A DNA stretch of 64,000 nucleotides from positions 338,057-402,056 of the forward strand of contig NMRA01000019.1 of the NCBI GenBank assembly GCA_002633005.1. The letters are read 5' to 3'. Below the pieces are notes generated by a model that saw only the letters and a list, made by a program, of their open reading frames with translations, had not been told where the DNA came from and ran no database searches. Made by a program: the position numbers and the translations under genes. This DNA is from Phoronis australis. Its lineage: Eukaryota > Animalia > Phoronida. Positions within the stretch are counted from its first letter, which is position 1; every line of letters starts with the position of its first letter. Positions 1 through 13,800 of this stretch are shown in pieces.

Positions 1-2255
1 TTAAGCTCGAACTCGAACTTCCGTGTAGCCTTCATGAAATGTGAGCATGGATTAGCTCCATGATGTACTCGAGTAGAAAGTCCGCACTTGACGTGAGATG
101 TTGTTGGGTAGAACACAAACTGAATCGCATAACAGTTAAAACACAGAAAATATTGTTTACCCTCTGTCTCTGGAGTGCCAGGACGATCTCAGCTATAATC
201 TTTAAAAAAAGTCATAGACGTTCGTTCACTTCTTTTATGAACGCGATGCGTTTGAGATTAACGATTTGTTTGTTTTCATTACAATGGTTACATTAATTCT
301 GAAAGAAAAGTTAACGAAATTTACTTTGCCGTCAAAAACAGGCGAAATTTCGAGAGCATATAATGGAAATTAGTCTTTGACTTTTTATCTTTATCCGTGT
401 CTTGTACCTTTGGTTTTTTGTCCGGGGAACAGAAAGACGAGGAAACACCGGTTGGCGAACATAGGTACGGGGACTGGAGGGATCGGGGACCAGCGGTAGG
501 GGTCCTCTCATCACGATCTGCATGGTCTTCCACAACTAATGGCCATTTTCATTTGTGATGGATGTAATTCGAACTTCAGTATTTAAGGTATATATGTATT
601 TCCCAGGTTATTCAAAATCAAATTATAACAACAAAAAGATATGTTCCCTTTTCAAATCAAAACACACCGATTTGTATCAAATCATTCAGCTAAGCCTATT
701 CTGGATATGTACACTCGAACATTAGTTTTCAGTATATGTACTGGCCATCGAAAATAAAGGTTTATGCGATTCTTGGAGCGCAACTTTAACTCATAAATTG
801 TTACTTGCCAACACTGGGTGAGCCAGAGTTCGTGTTGCACAAATAAATTCTAAACATTTCAAGATAGAGAGCCATGAAACTCTCGTAAGATGCCTTTCCC
901 CAAATGTATCGTTGTTTCCGCTTGGTATACCTTATCATTCGATTTATTTCGTATCAACAGAATTATATAATCTCATTTTAGCTTAACGGCTGTATGCTGG
1001 CACACCTGCGGGACTTGCAGATGCTGCCGACATTCAGACAACCTTGAAATGTATTGCGATTAACAATTTTTATTTTCAACACTTCGTGACAAATTTTGTG
1101 AACAATGTCTAGTACCCACCTGTTAACAACAATGGATTACTATAGGAAGAAAATGTGTGCCTTCAGAACAGAGATAGTGTCAGAGATAAGTTTAGGTAAG
1201 TCTTTCCTGATGAACAACAATACCTAAACTAAACTACGTTGCGTCTCCTAACCTGCCACTCCAACCCTACTCATTAACTGTCACAGCAGCCAATTGTACG
1301 ATTGTGCTTCTCTGTGTTGTGCTTTTGGCCACTTGCACTAAAAATGTCTGTGATAACGAGTGCGTGATCAGTTTGTGGGTCGGAGTCTAGGTTCTCAGGT
1401 ACTTGTACTTTGCGTGGTTAGTAGCTTTGCAAAGTGTGGAAGGAGCACGTATATATTACTTGTGTTTTGATCTTGGCTTGGTACGTAAAACCAACAGATA
1501 TGAAACGCACCATTGAGAGCAATTAACAGTAGATTAGCCGTCAGTTGACAACAGTTTTGTAAACAGGACACGCTGTGAAGAGCTCCTTAACAAATGTTGA
1601 CAATGAGTCATTTTTCAAGGACTTCTGTTTTTTTTTTGTTTGCTTCAATACTGACCTCACAGCTTCCACGGAATGAAATTTAATATTTGTGCGTTTTGAC
1701 AGGCTTACTCAAGTTCGCATTTCTACAAACTTTTTTAAAGTTATGGCTAATATGATGTTCAGTGAGACCAGTGCCAATCCCGCTTACAGGTTATTTCTGC
1801 AAACTTGTCAAATTGCAGCAAAATTTGCAATTCATGCGAAGTCTCGACATACATGTATGAGAACAGAGACTGCAGTGATACAACGTTTCTTGATTTTTCA
1901 TCAATTTAAAGTAGCCAATGGCTTATGTAATTTTACAGTTGTTATTCATTAAAACTACAAGCGCCTAAAGTCCGCCTCCTTCTTGCTCAAGAATTTTTAA
2001 AAAAGACAAAGTTATCATCATAAAGAGGTTAAATCGACCACGGAAGATTTATCTTAAAATTTTCCAAGCTAAGATAGGAATTGGTTTTCGTCGCCTCGTT
2101 GGTTATTTAGGATATCGACAATTAAAGAGTTCCAGTTGATATCCTCTTTGACTCGCGGCTTCCTGTTATCTCCACAGACGGTCTCATTTGGTTATGACAG
2201 ACTGAGCCGGTATAAAATCCAACTGCTTTCACGCCCATTGACCCGTGAGATCGGC

Positions 2256-2590
2256 ACTGGCATCGTTGACTAAATGGATGAACGTTACGCACATAAATTA
2301 CGTGCGTAAGTTCAGTAATTCCTAAATAATTATTTGTGGCGTAAAGTAATTATTTGCGGCGTAAATGAATTACATGGATCATGAAGTAATTATTTGAGGC
2401 GTACCTAAATTATATGGGGCATAAAGTAATTATTTGTGGCGTTAAAAGTTACTCTACGCCGCAAATAATTATGTTACACCGCAAACACTTATTTTTCACC
2501 GCAAATCATTACTTTACGCCTCCAACAAGAATTAACGTACGCACGTAATTTACGTGCGCAACGTTCGCCAATTTGGTCATTGATACACTG
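2256..2590. mobile_element. MITE with imperfect TIRs and internal ~21-bp repeats in inverted orientation
   Basis: Left end cactggcatcgttgactaaatggatgaacgttacgcacataaattacgtgcgta is an imperfect reverse complement of the right end tacgcacgtaatttacgtgcgcaacgtt...ttgatacactg; interior has repeated gtaaagtaattatttg(t/c)ggc units that flip orientation near 2450. Confidence 0.7.
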
Positions 2591-3145
2591 TTACTATTTA
2601 CGCTTCACGTCACAGTACTACCTTTTAGGCGTGCACGTGCTTTTTGCAAATAAAGCCCTGTCCCTTAGGAGTAAATAGTTTCAACCAGGTCAAGCAATGC
2701 TTTTACTATGAAACTTTTCTTCTGCAGCGCCCCTACAGGACACAACCCTTCAATATTGCGATACAGAAAGGAAAAAGAAGTTCGATCCAAACTTTGACTA
2801 CGTAAGCGTCGCCCTAACTAAGCTCCGAGCTCAGACTCGACTAACAATCAGACTTTAAACTAGTAACCAAGCAACATCGTTCGAGTACAAATTTGTAAGT
2901 TTACTTCACCCGTACCATAGAATAGATCCATTATTGGATCGAGTTTTAAGTATAGAGATTTTAGACCGAGCCTACGAATTTTGTTTCTACGCAGCTTTTG
3001 TTTATTTACTGGTCTCAGAATTGAAGTGACATTCGCAGGCGACGCGATTTTTAGTTCTCAAGGATGCGGCAATCAATTCCACATTATATGGTGTAACATT
3101 CGGCGCAGAATTCAAAACTCCTAGTACATAAATTGCTAGCAACAA

Positions 3146-3982
3146 CGAGGTTTCTGTTGTTAATTACCTGGGGATCTCGAGATCCTGGAATAATTTAAAA
3201 TGAAACTCAAGATGTCATCTTTGGGCCACCGTAGTATTGGCTGCGACCGCGAAACGAATCCGCGCTGGGGTTAGATTGGGATCCCAGATGTATTTTAGGC
3301 ATGAAAAGGTAACTAATTTTTTGATACCACAGTGATCCATTGGCATACCAATGGATACAGGGAATAATTTTGATACATTCAATTGAGTAGTAGGTGTCGC
3401 AAGTATTTTAAATGGTTACCAGAAAAGTTGATCTAGCTCAATTTTTTAAGGCAATTCTCATGGCAACCTTGCCCACACTAACCAGAGAGAACCTTCCAAA
3501 TGGTCATTTCCCAGCATTGGGGTACCCATGGATCATTGTGGTACAAAACAAAATTATTTACTGTTTCATACCCAAAAACACTGGGTTCCCGGTCTAGGTT
3601 TTTCGCGCTTTTCTCGCCAATAATGTCACTTTAAAACTGCGCGAGCTCAAACTAGAAAAAAAAACAATATTTTTTGCTTTAGAAAAAGGGTGTAGGAAAA
3701 ACTCTATTTGCTTGGGAGTCGGGCGTAGATCTTAATGCACTGCAGGCTGATCTTATCCATCCTTAAATTTTAGCAAGGACACCTGCCTTGCCAGGATTTC
3801 AGCAAATATTTGTCAGAAAGCGTTAAAGATTGTCAATTTGGAATAAACTCACGAAAAACCCTACGGAATGTATTGCTAATCAAAGCTAATGACTTCCGCT
3901 GAAACCAAAGTCAGTGACATTACCGGTTGTGAAAAACGCCTGGCATGTATAAAGCGGGGCTTACCCAAACCACCAAAGCGTT
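3146..3982 (+). repeat. Composite repeat D, copy 1 (hairpin head plus internally deleted Academ-like MITE at about 3272-3596)
   Basis: Colinear similarity to 58130-60352 (gatctcgagatcc, gtcatctttgggccacc, ggctgatcttatcc, accaaagcg); inner TAG...CTA element flanked by GGT/GGT. Confidence 0.75.
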
Positions 3983-4105
3983 TGGCTGCAATTAATACGA
4001 GAATTTCAGGTTCCATTCTGCACTGAGGCTGATGATAGAGAACTTGGAAATTCTCGCTCATAACTTCATTTTAAGGACTATATAACCGAAAACGTCATAT
4101 AAGTA

Positions 4106-4845
4106 TTTGTACCATAATATCAGCCAATAGAACCGTGTAATAACCCGTTTAGTTATCTAATGGTGTTAGAGGCCGGTTTCGAACTTTAGCGCTGCACCAC
4201 TCATCGGCTGGCGTCATCGAAAATGAAAATAAAATACTTAAATGAGCTCGCACAACAATCGCATGTTCAGCAATCGGCATTGTACCGACGTTTACGCGCT
4301 ATGAAAAATAAGACGCAAAATTTCAATGAAAACGACATCTTGAAATCAGTAAAATTTGTCTGTCATTTTCTCTCACTTGTAAATCATCGATTTCCAGTTT
4401 GAATGCGAGTAACGTGTGGTCGGGATGCTTTGACTTGGACATTAAACTCAGTAACCAGTGGTAATCTACTTTAGCAGACGACATTTTCAAGGTGGAAGCT
4501 TAGCATGATAAGATGTGTAGTAAGCTAGAGTAGTTGCTTAAAATAAAAATTATTTTACACATTCACTTCATTTCTACTTTGGTACAATTTTTATTTGGTT
4601 TTAAGTAAAAACATCATTTTAACAAGAAAAAGTCGGCGTTTCCTGAAACGTCACGACCTCCGACCTCAGGCCTCTAACATTGAAAGAAGTTATAAAAGCC
4701 GAGGCTAGTCGAGAAAGGTAGATCGATTCATTCCAATGTTTGTCGTTCATTATGTGGTATAATAATTCTCCAAAATCCACTCTTGCTCTAGATTACGGGG
4801 GCGGGGGGTACGGGGGATAACGACTTCGCCATGTAATAATCTATA
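4106..4845 (-). mobile_element. Hairpin-headed non-autonomous element family B, copy 1
   Basis: Reverse complement of 53763-54620 and 35597-36228 (catgtaataatctat, ctccaaaatccac, gacctccgacctcaggcctc). Confidence 0.8.
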
Positions 4846-5390
4846 TGTATCTTAGTATTTCTAATTAATTTCAGCTGCCCGAATATCCCTCGGAATTGTC
4901 ATCGAACGATAGTCCCCTGCCGGAGGAAATGGTTTGGGTAATTGTTTTTCGTTGTCACATCAATGAATCCGAGTTTAGAAAAACTATATAATCACCAGGC
5001 AATCGAGTCTTTCACATTCCAAATGAGCATTCCCAGAAGCACAAAAAGTCGGCATGAGCGCAAGGGACACAGCTTGAGTGCAGCCGAAGAGACATTTGCC
5101 GGTCTAGCTGGTTCCCTGAGTATCCACCTCGATAACTCTACTGATTTTCTCAATATATTTTTGTTCGAGTAGTGCTCTTCGTCGCTATAGTTTTAACTAT
5201 AACAGAATTCTCCTGATATTATGTGAGCAAACCAACAGCTGCATAGAACACACAGCAGGTCCTTTTAAATTGCTCTTTTTTCAATAAGATTCCGTACGAT
5301 TAGCCAACTTCCATATAAAATCAAAATATAGTGACATAAAAGACTCCAATATCCATGGAATCTTTAATTTTGCATATTTTACAGACAAAC

Positions 5391-5523
5391 ATGGACGATG
5401 CGCACAGTCTCGCGTCTACAACGGAAGTCAAGCGTCCTGTGGACGTACAAACTCCAACTGGATGTTGTGGAAGAAAACGTCCGTTTAGTTGCAGGCGTTT
5501 TTGTCGGAAATACTTTTGGGAAG
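5391..5523 (+). CDS. TauE/SafE-like membrane protein, coding exon 1 (MDDAHSLAST...RKYFWEG)
   Basis: ATG just after acceptor ttttacag (5384), so an upstream 5'UTR exon probably exists; open frame; donor G|GTGGGT; phase 1 joins exon 2 as KYFWEG-QK. Confidence 0.8.
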
Positions 5524-5904
5524 GTGGGTAGCGTGTTTGAAAAGTAGTTGTGCAGGATGTTGTGCACCCGAACTGGGTTGAAACGAACCTTTAGAAGGCT
5601 GGGTATCTATGGACATGTACATGTACAACAAGTTTCTTTTGCCCGAGTCTCACTGCGTCAAACAATCTGATGCCCAACATTGCTTTGTCATACACCACTT
5701 GAATGAAAAGGTAACATTAACAAAAATTGAAACTTGTGTAAAAAATTTCACTCGAGATACTTTTAACAATTCCAGTCTGAGAATGTAAACATGTCGTCCT
5801 TCGTTTATCACACGGTGAAGTTTGCAGATATTTGGCAAAATACACTGGCTTGCCATGCAGCAAGTCCTGCATGGCCTTAAATAGCGGATTCTCCAATTTT
5901 ACAG

Positions 5905-6132
5905 GACAGAAGGTACACAGACGTCACGAGGAGGCTTTGAAGAATTTGCCAGAGAATGCGACCTTTGTTCAACGACTGATGGTCCGCCATCGTCGATTGA
6001 TCGGAATGGCACTTCCAGCGCTTGTCGTCTGGTGCGGATGGCTTTCGATAGCCATAAAACATAACTTGTGGAGGTTGTTTCCTGAAAAATATTACATGAC
6101 GGTCACTATGATATTTGGCTCTGTCTTAGCAG
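5905..6132 (+). CDS. TauE/SafE-like membrane protein, exon 2
   Basis: Acceptor aattttacag, donor G|GTTTGT; encodes hydrophobic LIGMALPALVVWCGW and MTVTMIFGSVLAG. Confidence 0.9.
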
Positions 6133-6309
6133 GTTTGTTGGGAAATTTGAAATATCTAAACCTATCAAATAGTGTTTGTATAACCAGAGAAAATAAAAGT
6201 ATGCACCGAATTGAACTGCAACAGCGGCTTGTTACTAGAAAAAAATACTCCCAGCGTATAATCTGATACCCTTTCAAAGTCGTGTAAGAAAGCATGATTT
6301 TACTTTCAG

Positions 6310-7247
6310 GTATGACAAGTGAAGGTGGAGCTTCAGTGACTTTTCCTGTTATGACACTGGCGTTTAAAATTGACCCTGTCGTTGCCAGAGACTTCTCGTT
6401 TCTCGTACAGTCCGTAGGCATGACAGCGGCAATGTTTGCCATATTCTTCATGAACGTCAAGGTGGAGAAACACGCTGTCATCTTCTGTTCGTTGGGTGCC
6501 GTGGCTGGTGTAATACTCGGCCTCGAACTTATTGATCCTCATTTAACTCCTCAACAGAAGAAACTTGGTTTTGTGAGCGCATGGTTCTCGTTTGCTTTCG
6601 CCTTATTTCTTCTCAACTGGAACCATAAAAGACGTGTCTTTTATGAGATAGAAGATTTTTCAGTCTATCGAGCTTTAATTCTCGTTATCACTGGTCTGTT
6701 TGGAGGCGTATTCTCTGCCGTTTTTGGTAGTGGCGTCGATATCTGCTCTTTTAGTGTCCTAGCCCTCCTTTTTCGTACATCCGAAAAGGTAGCCACGCCT
6801 ACCTCCGTTTGCTTGATGTCAATCAATACAGTGATTGGTTCATTTTGGCGCGCGTTTGTCCAAGAAGAACTTTCACGTGACGCGCTAGAGTTCTTGGCCG
6901 TGTGTGCTCCAGTCGTCGTTATTGTGTCTCCCGTTGGCTCTGTTCTAGGTACACATTTTCACCGTCTTGTTCTCGCCTTTCTTGTTTACGTCACGAACAC
7001 TGTGGCACTTATAAGCGCTCTAATTTCCGTGTCTATGAACTGGGTACTATGGGTTATTACTGCAGTCTTGTTAATTGTGGGATTTTCCCTTTTCTTTTCG
7101 ATTTCTACGATAGGACATTGGTTACTACGAAAGCATGAAAAACGAGAGAATGAGGTTGCTGAAGAACCACTGTCAGTAAGGAGCTGTGAATTAATGAACA
7201 AAACACCTTCAGTGGAGTCAGGGTTGTACGCAACCGTAATCAAGTGA
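6310..7247 (+). CDS. TauE/SafE-like (sulfite exporter family) membrane protein, last exon
   Basis: Acceptor tactttcag; GMTSEGGASVTFPVMTL, ARDFS..QSVGMTAA, GSGVDICSF and EKVATPTSV motifs; many transmembrane helices; TGA stop; AATAAA near 7541. Confidence 0.9.
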
Positions 7248-7644
7248 TATCAGCACTGACAGTGTGATCTTTTGTTTTACATTTAATTTAACCATCTTAG
7301 TCATTGCCAAGTTTGTTACTACATGTATATCGTGAAGTGAATTTACTTGTTACTTTGCTTTTGTTCACGTGATTCTGGCTATATTTCTGGTCTAATCGAC
7401 ATGACAAGACAAGTTGTTCGTTAATAGTTAGTAGCTTAAGTCCAAATTAGACAAAAAATTGCCTACGTGACAGTCATTTTTCAAAATTTCGTTGAGCGCT
7501 ACGTGGTCTTTTGAGGATTTTTTCTGAAAATTAGTATATAAATAAATCTCGTCAAGAGTTTTCTGAAGTATGCCATCCGTTTTTTGCTTCCGTTTACATT
7601 TATTCGAGAAGTGTACTGAACAAGAGATGAGGTCGATTTTTTTA

Positions 7645-8190
7645 CATTTTCCGGTCTACCTTTGCGCGAACTCAAGATAAGTGCCCATGATTCTGTGCTG
7701 GGGTATATTATGATTTACGTCCATGACTGTCTGATCCTGGAGTTAAGGACCCCAGCATTAACGCTATGCGCTTGAGACTGAACTCGAAATTTCGTTTTTT
7801 TTGCTCGAAATCCCGAGTTTTTGCTCGAGGTTGAAGTTCCAGTCTAGGGATCATCAATTGCGAATTTGCACTAGACACTCATTAGCATAAATCATGGCAT
7901 ACTCCAGAGGAGAAAAATTGACACGTATCTTGAGTTTGTACAAAACGTAAAATCTCATAAATAATTTCAAGTTTGTACAAAACGGAAAATGTCATGAATA
8001 ATTTCAAGTTCATTTTCGACTAAAACGATTGGACACAGCGCTCCGATCACGGTTCCTTTACTAATCGATTCCTTGCTGCTCCTTTGTTGGTCCATCATAC
8101 GCCCGCTACAGGTGACATTTTTGTTCGATTGACATGCAATTTACGCATACCGTGAATCTCGTAAAAAGCTTGAGTCGTATATTATTTTGG
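7645..8190 (+). repeat. Repeat C, copy 1 (5' part related to the Harbinger-like MITE at 62982)
   Basis: Colinear high similarity to 60353-60848 (gcgaactcaagataagtg ... cgtgaatctcgtaaaaagct); contains a ~36-bp tandem duplication near 7955-8010. Confidence 0.8.
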
Positions 8191-10851
8191 GGAGCCCGGT
8201 TGCAAGAAATTTCAGACATGCACCGCCTTCATGAACATAATGGCAAAATGATTCCCTCTGGTTGTTTGACAACATTGCCATCAGCAGAAGTCATTGTGTC
8301 AAAGAAGCTGCCTGGCGGAGGTTATTTAAGATGATATGGCAATTGAGTGTAATTCAATCATTTGCCTTAGTTTGTTGCAGAGGGTCATTTACAGCTTGGT
8401 TTATAATCATGATATATCCAGCTACGCAGTAGTTAACATGTTCAGTCAGGACGTTGACCTTCAAACACTGCCATTGGCAGTTTATGTAGTCTCAATTTGG
8501 AAACCTTCGTGGATTGTAATTTTCTTTTTTAAGAGGATTTCTTCGTTTTGGTTTCAATTTGCTCTTGATACATTTCCCATTTCTTATTTACGTCTCTTTA
8601 ATGATTATTTTGACTTTACTCATACAAAAACGTTTCTTTCAATTACATTGTATAACACCAAAATTTCTTTCAGACAAGTCTATTTATTTGTGGAACGATG
8701 GAAAATTTTCCTCTTTTTCATTGGTCATGCCAAGTCCTGAACCTTAACTTTGTGCAAACAATTTCTTTATGGAGTGTTTTACAGTGACACTTTCTACATG
8801 TTGAGAAAGATACAACTGGTACTGGTATTACCAGTTTCAATTATGTCTGCTTTGTTCAGCGATGTTTCGCTGCTTAGACAATTCACGTTCATTTAAAAAA
8901 CCTGCATTTTGACATCTTTCAGTTAAAAGTGATGGTGTCGAACATTACTGGATTTTTGAATGGCTCTGCTTTTGGGTTAGAGGTTGTGATTGTAAATAAG
9001 GTTTGTTGCATGACTAGCAGATTACTTGCGACAAGTCACTACAAAAGCTATGGAGCTTTAAATCAGAAAACAATGCAACTTTTGATAATGGGCCATGGCC
9101 AAACAACCAGGAGACTATGTCTATTAAAAGGATACCTTGTTTTGATAAATTTGACCAATCCTCATTCTGTCACCTGTTAATGCATCATAGAAGTTAATCA
9201 GGAAAGACGAAAGCAGGAATCAACTAAAAAGCATACCTCCACCTCACAAATTAGACAGTATGGTCCTTGGTAGTCTTTTCCCACAGTTGCGTCTAATTCT
9301 CTAGAAGCGTAGGTCATGCTCTGATGTTGAAAAAACTTTTCAAATTTTCCTCAGTTTTGAAGGTTGTCGATGGTTACAGAGCATTCATTTGTTGCAGAGA
9401 ATTGGATGGGAAGTCGCTTTTAGTATCTTTTAATAGATCAAAACCGGGTTCGGTATCCTTCTGAGTAAGGTTTATTTTTTAGGTCTTTGTCCCTAGTCTA
9501 GCAATGAATTACAATTTTGAAAAGTTCAATTCATGACTGTTTTTTTGAAATTGGGGCCTGTTGGCCTACATGTGTGGTTATCATGAAGGTAACTGATTTA
9601 AGAAGGCTCTAGGTTCTTGATGCAAGTCAAAATCCAAATGGACTTTTTATACTACACTAAGATATAAAAAGTTCAAACTAACAATTGTGGTGTCTGTACA
9701 TTTGTTGATTTAGTTTTCTTTGAAATTGCATTTGTTGCCAACGCATATGCTGCTAAAACTGCGTCACATCTATACTCTCTTTTGTGTACAAAATCATTGG
9801 TAGAAAACCTTAGTCTAAAAATTTTCAGAGGTTTATTTTCATTGAGTTTTAGATATTACAATCCAACCTCACTTTAAATCCTTCATAAACAGTATTCTGG
9901 TGTTAAGAACATGAAGTTTTTTCGTATCTAAATTTATTCTTCCCAAACGACCTTCTGTTTTCATTTAAATTGGTTACAGTAAATCGCGTAGGCGACTGAA
10001 ATTAACCTGCAATGTCCAGGTCTGAATAAATGATGACCTGTGGAACAAAATGAAGCACATTTTGGATTATTAGCGGGCTTAGCTACTCGGTTTTTAACAG
10101 AAGTTGGGGGTTTATTGCCACTTGCATGTAAATTTGACGAAAAAACGATACTCTTTGAATGAGATGTATATATTGATTTTTATCAGAGTTACTACATAAA
10201 CAACGTGACAGGAACAAAGAAAATGTGCATTTTATGAAATGCTTTTGAAAAATACCGAATTCTATTTTAGCCTGTTGATAGTTTGAGGCAGTTGAAACAC
10301 CGTGCACACTTGTCTATAAGCATTTGACCACCAAACTGAGAGGTATATTTTTTTTGCATTGAGCATGATCGAACTTCTAAAAAAAACATAAACTGCGGTT
10401 GACTTTTGTCTTCGAATTATTTGTATTTACTGTCAGATTTTTTACTTTCAGTATAACAACAGAGATATCAGCTAACAAAGTATCACTTAAAATCACTGCC
10501 GGTTTTCATTTTGGATGGCCCGTACATCTAGTGTTCAAAGCAAAATAAAATTCTGAGACATCGTACTATTTTACCAAAGGAGCATAAAATAACAGCAAAT
10601 TTTCAGGCTAATTGACACACTCCTACTACTTATATATGTTCAAAAGTGTTTAAAGTGTCAAAAATCAAACGGTCTGAAAATGGCTGATAAAAACTTTTCT
10701 TGCACTTAAAATCCATTGAAGTCTTCTCATGCAACTCACACATTTGACGCCTAAATCAATGCATTGACGAAATGTTGAGTAGCAATGGGACATATAGACA
10801 ACACGGGATGTTATTAATGAATTTTGGAGGAAAATGTCAAAAGAGGTTGAC

Positions 10852-13800
10852 ATTTTTTTTATTTATTTTTTTTATTTATTTTTTTCTTTCATAATTTTAT
10901 TCTTCAATAATATACATTGATAATTTTTAAAGGGTGAAAGAGTGAACAAGGAAAAGGGGCAAGGACTTTCACTCACACACTCGCACACTCATTCACACAC
11001 TTCATCATTTAATGATAATACTACTAAACAATATATGAGTTAAGTATATTACAGATATTACAGATTCATTGCATGGCAGCACTGAGGCTCTCCCACATTT
11101 TAATATTAATATTGTCCGGTTCTTTTTGTTTTTGAAAATTAACTATTGAAATTTTAATATATTTTGACATGAATATTTTAAGGGCAGACCAATCTGGATG
11201 CAAGTGCTGTTGGCTACGTAAATAAATAAAATATTGGGCGATAGTGATAACATAATTAATCAACAGGGAGAATTCAGAACCTAAATGGCAAAACATGATT
11301 TCATTTTTGGTTATTCTGACGTCTTCCTTAAGGGAAGATGTCAAAATATCCTGAACATTAATCAACAATCTTTGCACTACATCACAAAGGTAAAACATGT
11401 GTTCAGTACTCTGTACTAGATTACAATAGGGACATTTATCTGAATTAACAATCTTCATCTTATATAACAAAGAGTTAGTATACACTCTGTTATGTAACAA
11501 CATATACTTAAAAGATTTAATGCATGGTTCGAGGGGAAGTGTAAAAGGCAAGGAATAAATTTTTCGGATATCTTGTTTGGAGTAATGCTGCAACAATTTT
11601 TCATAATTGTCTGGTTTTTGCAATACTTTTGTATCAAAATACTCTTGATTTTTTCTTTTGGAATTTTATTATAATCTAAGCAAATTTTATTGTTGCAGCC
11701 AACCAATCGCTGATGACCTTCATCAATTTTTCTAGATAAAACAATACATATTGCATTAAAAGTCAGAATTTGAGAATTTACCAATTTATATTTTGCCTTT
11801 AGCACCTCCCACGATAAAAGCTTATTTTCAGCATCAAGAAAGTCATTGATGAAACATAGCCCATTCTTAGCAAACTCTTCATAATACAGTGACTTAATAT
11901 TAAGTGTTATCTCTCTCTTATGTCATATAATCTGATCACAAACAGGTACATCTTTGAAAGCATTATGATTCAACTGTTCTCTATAAAAAACATCATTTAC
12001 TGTTCTACATAGTTTGCTTACTTTAAAATTACATGACCACAACAGTTCACCGCCATAATTCTTGAGGATATATTGTGGATAAAACTTCCAACATCTACGT
12101 TCAGGAGACTGAAGTCTTTTAACCCAGTTGACTAAAAGGCCTTCCTTTATAAGGGTCATGTCAGGAAATTTTAAACCACCATCTTCATGAGAAGCCATTG
12201 CAACGCTTTTCTTTATTTTAGGTGGTTTCCCTGCCCAAACAAAATCATTTAAAATTTTATCTATTCGTTTGCACAAATCCCTTGTCAATCCAAGGACAGA
12301 TATAATGTGAATCAATTTGGGTAGCGCAAAAGCTTTAGTTATGACAATTCTTCCCTTAACTGTTAACTTTCCTGTTTTCCAAATATTTAGAACTTTCCTA
12401 AGTTTCGAAATTTTTTCTTCAAAATTTTGCTCTTTTTTCTTTTTCATATTTACCGAAGTAAACGCCCAGACATTTAATATTTCTTTTTGGCCAATTTATA
12501 TCGTACATTTTCTTAAGTTCAGACTGGTGGCCTAAAAACATTCGTTCGCATTTTCGCTTATTTAGTTTAAGACCAGACACGTCACCAAATCTTGTAAGAA
12601 ATTTAAAGCATTCTGTTTCTGAAACTTCATCCTGAATGAATAAAATTGCATCATCAGCATACTGGGCTATTTTTACTTCATGCCCATCAATACACAATCC
12701 TTTGATTAAGGGGTTATTTCTAATGTAATGGCTCGTGAGCTCCACACACAGTATAAACAATTGACTACTTAAGGGATCCCCTTGACGAAGACCTCTCTTA
12801 ACATTAAAATAACCACATGTAAATCCGTTGTTTTGAACACAAGACACAATATCGTTATATATTGCTTTTATACGGTGAATAAATTTGGGACCAAATTTAA
12901 AGGCCAGAAGGTTTTCTGAAGAAAGGACCAATTTAAACTGTCATGCGCTTTCTTAAAATCTAAGAATATAATTTGTCCATTGAGATTTTTATTTGTATAA
13001 TACGATATTATGTCCTGTATTAATCTGATATTTTGACCAATAAATCGTTTTGAAACAGTCGTTTGGTCTGGATGAATAAGCTTATGAATGTACTTATTTA
13101 GTCTATTGGCAATAACCTTTGTAAATAATTTGTAATCGCAATTTAATAACGAAATTGGTCGCCAATTTTCCAGATTTTTTAATTCCTCTGTATTTGTACT
13201 GTTGGGGATAAGTGTAATGACACTTTGCCTTTGGGAGGTTGAAAATTTCCTGTTTTAAAACTATTATTTATACATTCCAAAAGGTACAGTTTAATAGTAT
13301 CCCAAAATGTTTTATATAATTCATATCCTAAAGCATCATTGCCTGGTGTTTTATTATTTTGGGATTGTTTTAAGGCTTCATAGAGTTCATCTTCTGTGAT
13401 CTCTTGTTCTAATAATAAGGACTGGTCATCTGTCAGTACTTTATTACTAGGAAGAGTGTATATGTCAGGGAAATTAATATCTTCATAGTCTTTTTCAGAA
13501 TAAAGAGCCTCATAAAAAGCTGGTTGAATGTTTTGTATCTCTTTTGGATCTTGGCTAACCCTGCCACTTGACTCCAGTTCTACAATATGTTTTTTACCAT
13601 GGTTACGTTTTTCAAGATTTAAAAACTATTTAGAGTTTGTTTCACCTTCTTCCACCCACTGAGCTTTACTTCTAACAATACTGCCTTTTATTACTTAAGT
13701 TTGTAAAATTTCTAGGTTTAACTTACATTTCTTTAATTCACACTGCAACGGGTGATTTCTTGATTCTTTTTCGACTTTTGTAGTCAATTTATTTATTTGA

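Noticed and set aside
321-535. Minus-strand ORFs (MEDHAD.../MWKTMQ...) as a first coding exon
   Set aside because: Track starts are non-ATG, no recognisable domain and no partner exon in the window; cannot be supported, though not excluded
6092-7243. Antisense ORFs over the TauE-like gene
   Set aside because: Shadow ORFs of the real coding strand
8200-9400. Possible transposase remnants
   Set aside because: Some coding-like stretches, but no motif I could identify
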